Below are positions 15,016 to 21,840 of a stretch of DNA of 34,438 nucleotides, in pieces (within the stretch, counting starts at the first letter, position 1; each line of letters opens with the position of its first letter). The notes below the pieces were generated by a model that saw nothing but the letters and a program-made list of their open reading frames with translations, was not told the origin of the DNA and made no database searches. Made by a program: the position numbers and the translations under genes. The DNA is from a virus: the IMG/VR virus record IMGVR_UViG_3300025759_000031. One strand, written 5' to 3'.

Positions 15016-15189
15016 ATGTTTAAAATTCTTCCAGAGATTTATTTGGTAACAGGAATTGGGTTTTGTATTCATGGCCTGATGACGATGGATAATCAACACG
15101 TTTTGTATGGCGTTGGTTTGTTTACGTTGGCAATGGTAATGATTGCCGCACTGATATTTGATGTTGACTTAAAAAAAGAGAGGCAATAA
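15016..15189 (+). CDS. 57-aa two-helix membrane protein
   Basis: MFKILPEIYLVTGIGFCIHGLMTMDNQHVLYGVGLFTLAMVMIAALIFDVDLKKERQ*. The stop abuts the next ATG as TAAATG. Confidence 0.45.
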   Translation: MFKILPEIYLVTGIGFCIHGLMTMDNQHVLYGVGLFTLAMVMIAALIFDVDLKKERQ

Positions 15190-15531
15190 ATGTCTAATAC
15201 AAATAGCTTATGGGGAGATGATGAATATTGTTATGACGTAGGTAGCAATTACATTATTCACTGTGGGGATTCAGACCTGGCAATTGATGACACGCTGGAT
15301 TCACATCGTATGCATTGGTGTGAGCATCTAGTTACTGGCGCTGGTTATGTACGCTGGACACCCCACAAACTTAACCAGTTAGCTAGGTTATACATTCAAT
15401 CGCAAACCCAACGTACGCATTTAGACGCCAAAGGTAGAGAGTTAATTGACCAAGTTACCGAAGCGTTCTGGGGATGCACCATGAAAGAAGCAATCACGTT
15501 AGTAGGCAAAGGAGAAGCCCATGGGACTTGA
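15190..15531 (+). CDS. Hypothetical protein
   Basis: 113-aa ORF in the early operon, overlapping the next gene by 11 nt. Confidence 0.6.
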   Translation: MSNTNSLWGDDEYCYDVGSNYIIHCGDSDLAIDDTLDSHRMHWCEHLVTGAGYVRWTPHKLNQLARLYIQSQTQRTHLDAKGRELIDQVTEAFWGCTMKEAITLVGKGEAHGT

Positions 15532-15931
15532 CCAATATGCATTTAGTGCACCAGAAGCGTTGACTGTCGAGAAAGATGAGGATGGTCGGTTAGCAATTAA
15601 AGGTGTTCATGGTGAGGAATTTCAATGGCGAAAGCATGCCAAGCTGCAAGAGTTTTTTGAAGGGCGAGTAGCTAGTGGAAGGTTAGTTCCCATGATCCAC
15701 GACGCTGACTTTAATTGTAATCCTGTGCTTTTGGATATAGGAATCATTGATGATCTTGAAATGGCATTAAAGACTAGGACAATGCCGTCGTCTGGAGGAG
15801 GATGTTTTTATGGTCATCAATTTCAGGATGAATCTGCTGATGACTATAAAGAACAAGACTTAAAGTTTTGCGCATGGGCCAGGGAAGAGATCTCGGGAGG
15901 TGACTATGTCTACTACGACTGTTGGTGGTAG
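15521..15931 (+). CDS. Conserved phage protein of unknown function (MGLDxY ... WRKHxxL family-like)
   Basis: 136 aa. The N-terminus MGLDQYAF and EFQWRKHAKLQEFF match a pattern I recall from many phage hypothetical proteins. Confidence 0.6.
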   Translation: MGLDQYAFSAPEALTVEKDEDGRLAIKGVHGEEFQWRKHAKLQEFFEGRVASGRLVPMIHDADFNCNPVLLDIGIIDDLEMALKTRTMPSSGGGCFYGHQFQDESADDYKEQDLKFCAWAREEISGGDYVYYDCWW

Positions 15932-16088
15932 GTGTGTCAACTGCGGCGAGGTCAACACGCTGGGTGATTGTTGTCCAATCTGCGCTTCATTCGATTGCGA
16001 TGTCTGCGGAAAGCAGATTGATTTCGACGACGACATCTACTGCGAAAAGACTGATCGCAGGATGTGTATCAGCTGTTCAACAAAGTAA
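15906..16088 (+). CDS. Cys-rich zinc-finger mini-protein
   Basis: ATG at 15906 sits 5 nt after GGGAGG. It has four CxxC-type pairs (CVNC, CPIC, CDVC, CISC). Confidence 0.55.
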   Translation: MSTTTVGGRCVNCGEVNTLGDCCPICASFDCDVCGKQIDFDDDIYCEKTDRRMCISCSTK

Positions 16089-16091
16089 AGT

Positions 16092-16120
16092 TTGCATACC
16101 TTTTAAAAGGTTGGTAAACT
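16092..16120 (+). promoter_or_regulatory. Sigma70-like promoter candidate upstream of the ArdC-like gene, with a palindromic spacer
   Basis: TTGCAT (16092..16097), a 17-nt spacer, then TAAACT (16115..16120). The spacer contains the perfect palindrome ACCTTTTAAAAGGT, and AAAAGGTTG recurs 20 nt downstream. Confidence 0.35.
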
Positions 16121-16173
16121 TCGCAAAAGGTTGAGGGGTTTCCCTTGGCCTTCCTTCAATCAAGGAGTGTTTT

Positions 16174-17010
16174 ATGTCTAACAAATTCAAGCGCATTGTC
16201 GCCTTGGTGTCTGAAGCCATGCAAGATGAGTTAACTTGGCGGAAGACCTGGCAGTCGCAGTCTGGCCTTCATCAGAATTGGATTAGCAAGCGGCCTTATT
16301 CTGGGACCAATCAAATTACCACGATGATATCCGCGTGGAAGAATGATTATAAAAACCCGTATTGGGTAACGTACAAGCAAGCGCAGGATCTTGGCGGCAA
16401 CGTTAAGGGGCAGACCGCTACACCTGCAATTTTCTACGGCACTGGGGAGGACAAAGACAACGAAAAAACCTACAAGTTTGCCAAGCTATACAACCTCTTT
16501 AATCTTGAGCAAATAGGCATTGAGGTTCCGCCTATTCAATTAAGGCAGACAAAGCTTGAGCGTCCATATGAGATGGCTGATGCGTTACAAGTTAAGGTTG
16601 ATTCTAATTCATCTCACAACCCTTGTTATTCACCTGTAACAGACAAGATAAAGATGCCGATGCCTGGGCAGTTTGAGTCTGACGATTCACATCAATCCAC
16701 TTTTTACCATGAGTGTATTCATTCAACTGGTCACAGCAAACGACTTGATCGTGAGTTAACAGGCATGTTCGGCAGCGAGGACTATGCAAAAGAAGAGCTT
16801 GTTGCTGAGCTTGGCAGTGTCTTCTTGTGTGCAGAGCTTGGTGTTCAATACAACATAGAGCAACATGCTAGTTACATTCAGTCATGGCAAAAGGCTATTG
16901 AGTCTGATGCTAATTACCTACTGACTGCATCATCTGCCGCACAAAAAGCAGCTGAGTATTGCATGAGTCAGTTCCGAATGATGCGACAGTATGACAATGA
17001 AGCTGCGTGA
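16174..17010 (+). CDS. ardC: ArdC-like antirestriction protein (N-terminal ssDNA-binding domain plus C-terminal zincin-like metallopeptidase)
   Basis: 278 aa. The N-terminal part has ...PYSGTNQI...YWVTYKQAQDLGGNVKG... and the C-terminal part has FYHECIHSTGH...EELVAELGSVFLC, which is the HExxH-type motif and layout typical of ArdC. Confidence 0.8.
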   Translation: MSNKFKRIVALVSEAMQDELTWRKTWQSQSGLHQNWISKRPYSGTNQITTMISAWKNDYKNPYWVTYKQAQDLGGNVKGQTATPAIFYGTGEDKDNEKTYKFAKLYNLFNLEQIGIEVPPIQLRQTKLERPYEMADALQVKVDSNSSHNPCYSPVTDKIKMPMPGQFESDDSHQSTFYHECIHSTGHSKRLDRELTGMFGSEDYAKEELVAELGSVFLCAELGVQYNIEQHASYIQSWQKAIESDANYLLTASSAAQKAAEYCMSQFRMMRQYDNEAA

Positions 17011-17022
17011 TCTCGGCTGGAA

Positions 17023-17052
17023 CCGGCCCCCATCCGTGGGTGGGGGGACCGG
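17023..17052 (+). other. GC stem-loop after the ArdC-like gene (terminator-like but no U-tract)
   Basis: CCGGCCCCCA (17023..17032) pairs with TGGGGG-GA-CCGG (17041..17052), with a 2-nt bulge and an 8-nt loop. Confidence 0.4.
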
Positions 17053-17085
17053 ATTCCCGCCTCAATCAATTAATTGGAGTTGCTA

Positions 17086-17448
17086 ATGACAGATTTTAGT
17101 TTGGAATACGTTGCAAAAGTTTGCCCTGAGCTTGTTAGGTCTGAAGTAGAAGCAGTGCATGACCATGTGCTTGACACTCACAGACCAAATGAGATTTACC
17201 CTGGCGTTGTAAAGCAAGCTGCAAGGAGTTTGTTTCCATATCAAGCTGCACCAGCTGACAATGTTAGGTTTATTGATGGACGAGATTCAATTAATGCGGC
17301 TGTTAATTTGCTTCGGCAAGTTGATGAGTTGCTTTCACGTACAAAAAACAATGATGATGTTGCGCAAGTTCAGCTAGATGTGCAGTGTTGTATTCATTAT
17401 TTGAGCGCTGAGGTTTCGCGAATGGAGTCTACAGATGGGGCAGTCTAA
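17086..17448 (+). CDS. Hypothetical protein
   Basis: ATG at 17086 follows GGAG. The tracked 17074 start is a TTG. The product is 120 aa. Confidence 0.6.
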   Translation: MTDFSLEYVAKVCPELVRSEVEAVHDHVLDTHRPNEIYPGVVKQAARSLFPYQAAPADNVRFIDGRDSINAAVNLLRQVDELLSRTKNNDDVAQVQLDVQCCIHYLSAEVSRMESTDGAV

Positions 17449-17644
17449 AAGTACGGAGCTTTATTACCCCCAAGTTTTGTGCAAAGGTTATTTTAATTGG
17501 TGCAAAGCCAATGATGAGCGCCCAACTTTTGAAATGATGCACGAATTTATATGTGAAGTTCAAGGATTTAGCGTTCTTAAAAAAGATTATGGCCCAAAGT
17601 TTCAATCAATTAAGGAGGCAATTGATGAATTGGATAAGAGCTAA
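17435..17644 (+). CDS. Hypothetical protein
   Basis: 69-aa ORF that overlaps its neighbours in operon style. Confidence 0.5.
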   Translation: MGQSKSTELYYPQVLCKGYFNWCKANDERPTFEMMHEFICEVQGFSVLKKDYGPKFQSIKEAIDELDKS

Positions 17645-17888
17645 GCGAGTAGAAGAAAGGTTAAACGAAAAAATACAAAACCTTAGAGACTTGCGCGCAC
17701 ATAACATAAAAGAAATGAGGCGCTATTCTCGGTCCCCGTATTACTCCAAACATACCATGTGTGGAAATATGGAGTATTTTCATAAGGGCAGAGAAACAGC
17801 ATTTGATTTGTCAATAGAAATTATTGAGATGATTAAGTCATCCATTGATAGGGAGGTGGTAAATGCAGATACATTGGGAGCACCCTAG
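17625..17888 (+). CDS. Hypothetical protein
   Basis: Start MNWIRAK at 17625, preceded by AAGGAGG. The tracked longer start lies inside the previous gene. Confidence 0.5.
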   Translation: MNWIRAKRVEERLNEKIQNLRDLRAHNIKEMRRYSRSPYYSKHTMCGNMEYFHKGRETAFDLSIEIIEMIKSSIDREVVNADTLGAP

Positions 17889-18072
17889 CTTAGAGGTAAC
17901 TGTAATTCTTTATTATGAGCCTGGAACTAGAGGCGATCCGCCCTGCGCAGAGATTGATAAGATCTATGCAAATGGCAGGTTTCCAGAAAAGGATATCTCT
18001 TGGCTTTTCAATCAAGACCACATAATGGACCAGTTCTGGGACATAAGACCTGACTTGGAGTGTATGTTATGA
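17863..18072 (+). CDS. Hypothetical protein
   Basis: 69 aa with a GGGAGG RBS. Confidence 0.5.
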   Translation: MQIHWEHPSLEVTVILYYEPGTRGDPPCAEIDKIYANGRFPEKDISWLFNQDHIMDQFWDIRPDLECML

Positions 18073-18491
18073 GTAACAGTAACTTTAACGAAAATGCAGC
18101 ATGCAACAATCTTAAGTGGACAAAGCAAGATAATGATTTGTTTTATGAGCTTATGAAAGCAGGTAAAACATATGGACAGGTTGCTGTTGCGCTTGGCAGA
18201 TCTCAAAGATCTATAGAGAATCATGCTTATAAAATGAGATTGCAAAGAAGAAAGCTGGGTATAAGTGATGCTGACCTTTATGCCAATAGACCACGGCGTA
18301 AAAAATCAGCAGTAAACATTGACAAAATTCATCAAAAGTTTCCCAAACAATCTGAGCCTAAAGCTGTTGAAGTCGAGGGTGCATTGTTTGATAAAAGAAT
18401 CGGCAACTTGCTGATATGGACAGCCGTACTTACTGGCGGATGTCTTTTAGCCTTGGTCACTATGACCATTATCTTAATATCAATTGCTTAG
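18069..18491 (+). CDS. Myb/SANT-like HTH protein with a C-terminal transmembrane anchor
   Basis: The ATG overlaps the upstream stop as ATGA. The protein has WTKQDNDLFYELMKAGKTYGQVAVALGRSQRSIENHAYKM followed by the hydrophobic tail LLIWTAVLTGGCLLALVTMTIILISI. Confidence 0.55.
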   Translation: MSNSNFNENAACNNLKWTKQDNDLFYELMKAGKTYGQVAVALGRSQRSIENHAYKMRLQRRKLGISDADLYANRPRRKKSAVNIDKIHQKFPKQSEPKAVEVEGALFDKRIGNLLIWTAVLTGGCLLALVTMTIILISIA

Positions 18492-18500
18492 GAGGCAATT

Positions 18501-18725
18501 ATGAATATCGAAAAGAACATTCCAATTCCTGCCCGTGGACGATCTGGCAAGTGGCAACAGCTAGGGCAGCAGATGGATATTAACGATTCTGTTTTGTTAA
18601 CAACTAAAGAAGCTAATTGTTTTAGGTTTGCATTAACAAGTAGCGGATTTAAAGTTGTAACAAGAGCAGAGGGGGACAATGTTAGGGTGTGGAAAACAGA
18701 GGCAGAAAATGTCAACGGCGCTTAG
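18501..18725 (+). CDS. Hypothetical conserved small protein
   Basis: 74 aa with a GGAGG RBS. It shows the pattern IPIPARGRSGKW...DSVLL...RVWK. Confidence 0.55.
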   Translation: MNIEKNIPIPARGRSGKWQQLGQQMDINDSVLLTTKEANCFRFALTSSGFKVVTRAEGDNVRVWKTEAENVNGA

Positions 18726-18930
18726 CTACCGCAACTGTGATTCATGTGATGAGCTTTACCTCGATAACGGGGTAGAGCTTATTCATGCTAACAATAAAAT
18801 TGAAGATGGCCCTAACGAGATATGGTGTCATCATTGCCTGGATAATTATTTGGATCATCAATCAAAATATTACGATGAGCCTGACGTAAGTGAGGCTGAT
18901 GAATGGCATGACTTCGATCCTGATTGCTAG
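18709..18930 (+). CDS. Cys/His-rich small protein
   Basis: Start MSTALSY at 18709 after GAGG. It carries CDSC ... CHHC pairs and an acidic tail. Confidence 0.5.
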   Translation: MSTALSYRNCDSCDELYLDNGVELIHANNKIEDGPNEIWCHHCLDNYLDHQSKYYDEPDVSEADEWHDFDPDC

Positions 18931-19083
18931 TACAGTCAAGCGTGTCCAGGGCTTACACTCCTAGCCTGATTGAGTCGGTTGGCGGCGTCCCGATGGACAA
19001 AATCGCCGCTCCCCTCCGATCCTCCCGCTGCGGTGAGCTTGCAGGTTGTTGCTGCGATGGCAGGGCTGGCACTTCCACCCTAT

Positions 19084-19317
19084 CTAGCTGAGCGATGGTG
19101 CGACTTCTGACAGCCCCTCCGGAGCGGTTGATGGGACGGTGCTCTCCGGTTCCAATGCCCCTTCGATGGCACTGCGGGTGGTGAATGGCTTGCCCTTGGC
19201 ATCGACCATATATTTAATCCCCTGCTTTTCTAACACGCGAATAAGTTTGGGCGTGGTGTAAGCCTTGAAGATGTCAAAAAGTTGACGGTAATACAGGTAT
19301 TCAGATTGATCGTTCAT
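19084..19317 (-). CDS. Excisionase / DUF4224-like HTH protein with a GC-rich C-terminal extension
   Basis: ATG at 19317 follows GGAGAG. TPKLIRVLEKQGIKYMVDAKGKPFTTRSAIEGAL fits the DUF4224/Xis-type pattern. The last ~35 codons lie in a GC-rich patch. Confidence 0.5.
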   Translation of the reverse strand: MNDQSEYLYYRQLFDIFKAYTTPKLIRVLEKQGIKYMVDAKGKPFTTRSAIEGALEPESTVPSTAPEGLSEVAPSLS

Positions 19318-19330
19318 TAGACTCTCCAAG

Positions 19331-19354
19331 TAAAAAAGCCCCGACAAGCGAGGC
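19331..19354 (-). terminator. Rho-independent terminator candidate between the SSB-like and Xis-like genes
   Basis: The minus strand reads GCCTCG-CTTGT-CGGGGC (one G-U pair) followed by TTTTTT. Confidence 0.5.
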
Positions 19355-19377
19355 AAAGCATGGTTTTTAAATTAAAA

Positions 19378-19647
19378 CTACCAAGGCACATCTTGTGTTG
19401 ACGATGCGGGTGGTTTTGTGTCCTCCGACGGCTTCCACATATTACGCTCAGCATACCATTTGCCAGAACGACCCTCTTTGATTTCTATGTTAATCCATTC
19501 CATATCTGGATCATTTTTTTTCTGCGTTGAAATCCATGGGCCTAACTCATCAAGCTTTAATGACAGCTTAAGCTTTACAAAGTCTGGCGCATTGCCATCG
19601 GGAAGCTTAACAATCATTCCATCAACAAAGTTTTTTTCTTCACTCAT
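19378..19647 (-). CDS. Putative ssDNA-binding-type partner of Erf (function tentative)
   Basis: 89 aa, two genes downstream of erf in the same operon. The C-terminal tip ...SSTQDVPW is reminiscent of SSB acidic/aromatic tails. No firm family assignment. Confidence 0.35.
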   Translation of the reverse strand: MSEEKNFVDGMIVKLPDGNAPDFVKLKLSLKLDELGPWISTQKKNDPDMEWINIEIKEGRSGKWYAERNMWKPSEDTKPPASSTQDVPW

Positions 19648-19883
19648 TGTATATTCCTATTTGGATTAGTTTTCATTACCCTATTTTCATAGGTAGTAAA
19701 AATGCCACCCTTGGATGGCGCTAGGTTTAATGCCTCCTTAACATGATTTGGAGTATCTTCAACAATATCCCGAAGAAGATTCCATTCTTCATTAGCAACT
19801 GCGCTTTTAACATCACAAACAAAATCAAAGTTTTCACGCACTGATTCCATGTACGCAATAAACTCTTCATATGTTTCTACCAT
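19644..19883 (-). CDS. Hypothetical protein
   Basis: 79-aa ORF with overlapping junctions to both neighbours. Confidence 0.55.
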   Translation of the reverse strand: MVETYEEFIAYMESVRENFDFVCDVKSAVANEEWNLLRDIVEDTPNHVKEALNLAPSKGGIFTTYENRVMKTNPNRNIQ

Positions 19884-20287
19884 GCTCTTTTAGATCCTGA
19901 CTCTGCTTTGTTTCCATCATCGTCTTTATCTGCACCAATACCTAAAGCCATAGATAAACTATATCTTTTAGCGTAAGTGACGGCGCTACCAAAACTCTGA
20001 GCTGTTGGCTTGTCTGCCCTAACAATCATCTTGCCAGCGCTTAATGACTCGCCATGCCCATGCAGTACAGTTTCGATACAGGCTCCGACCTCACACTCAT
20101 GACTGATCTGCTGTATGAAAATCCCTTTGTTGTTGAGGTGCTCTTTTGCATAATCCCACAGCGCTTCAAAGGGAACGTACTGGCTTTTAAAATGAGGGTT
20201 GGTTGCTGATGCTTTAGCGTGTGACAGTTCGCGCTGTACATCCAGAAGCAAATAAAGCAGATCGCCGGTGGTTTTTTTATCGTTCAT
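19877..20287 (-). CDS. erf: Erf-family single-strand annealing recombinase
   Basis: ATG at 20287 follows AAGGAG. NPHFKSQYVPFEALWD...TVLHGHGES...AQSFGSAVTYAKRYSLSMALGIGADKDDDGN matches the ERF superfamily signature. Confidence 0.8.
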   Translation of the reverse strand: MNDKKTTGDLLYLLLDVQRELSHAKASATNPHFKSQYVPFEALWDYAKEHLNNKGIFIQQISHECEVGACIETVLHGHGESLSAGKMIVRADKPTAQSFGSAVTYAKRYSLSMALGIGADKDDDGNKAESGSKRAW

Positions 20288-20334
20288 TCCTGACTCCTTG
20301 ATTGACCGAAAAGAAGGATGACACATTTGATAAC

Positions 20335-20406
20335 ATTCGTCAACCTTTGTAAACATTAAAAAACATGGCGGTAATTGTTGACAGGTTCGGCACCTTCCGT
20401 CAAGAT
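20335..20406. promoter_or_regulatory. Divergent promoter/operator region between the erf operon and the ATPase gene
   Basis: The plus strand has TTGACA (20378..20383), 17 nt, then CAAGAT. A facing TTGAC on the minus strand forms TTGAC-N16-GTCAA symmetry, and there is a third TTGAC on the minus strand near 20338. Confidence 0.35.
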
Positions 20407-20439
20407 TGAGGGTTCCGGTCTTAGCTTAAGGGGAGCTAT

Positions 20440-21624
20440 ATGCAAGATGATTGGGCGCTGTATTGTCTGGAAGAAAGCAGACGAAATCTACAGCCATCCA
20501 CTACAACAGCTGAGAAGCCCGTCAATGGCTCTACAGTAAACAATCAGTTAATCAATGGGGAGTCACATGCCCCAGTTAAATCGTCCTTGAGCAGGCTTAT
20601 AGACGCCTCAGTTAACGGGCGAATAAAAGAAATAGAAGAGCGGCTTGCCAAGGAGAGGGATGTAATTCCTGGCATGGTTACGACAGGCACTGTCACTTTG
20701 GTCTACGCTCCAAGTGGCGCAGGCAAAACTGTCTGGATTCTTGGAAATCTTTTTCAATCTATTAGAAATAATTTAATTAGCGGATCTGACGTCATATATT
20801 TTAATGAGGACGATGGCGCTAAAGGCGTCCTTCAGAAAGCAAAGCTTGGCAAAGATCACGGAATAACCATGGTGACTTTGGCAACCTCGCCAGATCCAAG
20901 CCTTCGCACAACTGCCGACGCCTTGCGATTGCTGAATATGATTCGGCTTGAGGGCGAGGCCGATGGAAAAATAATTATTTGCGACACCCTAAAGAAGTTT
21001 GCCCCAGTGCTTAACAAGGCTGACATGCGTGAGGTTTTGCACGTATTCAGGGAGTTTGCCGCAGCTGGCGGCACAGTTGTATTGCTTGGTCATTGCAACA
21101 AGCATCGGACAATGGATGGCAGACTTGTATATGAGGGGGTTGGCGATCTTAAAGCTGACGTTGACAACATGTTTGGCCTTGATCCGCTTAATGATAAGTT
21201 TTCAGAATGGCAAGAGCTTTTAGTAATTAATGAAAAAGATAGAAGTCAGGTTAGTTTTGAGGGTGGGTTTAAATATAAGCAAACAGGAATGTTAGTCGGG
21301 TATTCAGAATCAGTAGACTCTGTAGAATTTATGAGTCCCGACGATATATCAGGCTTAAAAACAAAACAGCGTGGTCAAATAAACATTGGGAAAGCGTTAA
21401 GCAAATATGAAGATGAGTTTGTTTTATTGCAAAGCGTTATGAAAGATGGTCGCTCATATTCGCAGTCAGATTTGTTTGGCTTGTTAAATGATGACGACAT
21501 TAATCCAAATGGATGTTCAAGAAAAACACTGCGGACATGCATAGATTTACTTAAAGATAACTATCTTAAGCTAGAGCGACGAGGTGCACATGGTAAAAAG
21601 TTTTACCGATGGCAATCTTTCTAG
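20440..21624 (+). CDS. RecA-fold AAA ATPase (plasmid RepA/DnaB-like helicase or replication initiator candidate) with a C-terminal wHTH-like region
   Basis: 394 aa with Walker A YAPSGAGKT, Walker B IIICDT, and then LLGHCNKH. A GGGGAG RBS precedes it. Confidence 0.65.
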   Translation: MQDDWALYCLEESRRNLQPSTTTAEKPVNGSTVNNQLINGESHAPVKSSLSRLIDASVNGRIKEIEERLAKERDVIPGMVTTGTVTLVYAPSGAGKTVWILGNLFQSIRNNLISGSDVIYFNEDDGAKGVLQKAKLGKDHGITMVTLATSPDPSLRTTADALRLLNMIRLEGEADGKIIICDTLKKFAPVLNKADMREVLHVFREFAAAGGTVVLLGHCNKHRTMDGRLVYEGVGDLKADVDNMFGLDPLNDKFSEWQELLVINEKDRSQVSFEGGFKYKQTGMLVGYSESVDSVEFMSPDDISGLKTKQRGQINIGKALSKYEDEFVLLQSVMKDGRSYSQSDLFGLLNDDDINPNGCSRKTLRTCIDLLKDNYLKLERRGAHGKKFYRWQSF

Positions 21625-21627
21625 CAT

Positions 21628-21744
21628 CCAGTTTGCCCAGGATGCCCAGTTTGCTTCTAATGCCCATGGTTTAGGGGGCCGGTTCCCCTTGCCCGCCCCC
21701 TTTTTTATGGGCACGCAGGGCATCTTGGGCATTCTGGGCATTCT
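21628..21744. promoter_or_regulatory. Cluster of short repeats flanking a terminator (candidate operator/promoter array)
   Basis: CCAGTTTGC occurs twice (21628, 21646) and ATGCCCA twice (21642, 21660). The inverse (T/A)GGGCA(T/C) occurs four times (21708, 21717, 21726, 21736), the last three as near-tandem GGGCAT(C/T)(T/C)T units. Confidence 0.45.
21673..21707 (+). terminator. Rho-independent terminator
   Basis: GGGGGC (21674..21679) pairs with GCCCCC (21695..21700), followed by TTTTTT. Confidence 0.7.
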
Positions 21745-21747
21745 GAT

Positions 21748-21840
21748 ATGAACGATTTAGGAGAACACATCATCGCGTTAGTTGCGGTTATCCTAATTAC
21801 TATTAGTTTTCAAATCATCGAAATGTGGAGCGTGTTATGA
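21748..21840 (+). CDS. Possible 30-aa hydrophobic mini-ORF
   Basis: MNDLGEHIIALVAVILITISFQIIEMWSVL*. Its stop overlaps the NinB-like ATG as ATGA. No clear RBS. Confidence 0.25.
   Translation: MNDLGEHIIALVAVILITISFQIIEMWSVL

Noticed and set aside
15076-15082. CTGATGA boxes (also near 14897 and 18886) checked as possible hammerhead ribozyme cores.
   Set aside because: I could not find flanking helices I/II/III or a suitably spaced GAAA element. The boxes lie inside plausible coding sequence.
18931-19083. A search of the GC-rich patches and intergenic regions for tRNA or tmRNA genes, or tRNA-derived attP.
   Set aside because: No T-arm consensus (GGTTCGA(A/T)TCC-like), acceptor/CCA context or cloverleaf-compatible pairing was seen. 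No integrase is available to give an att site meaning. This remains only a hypothesis in the findings.
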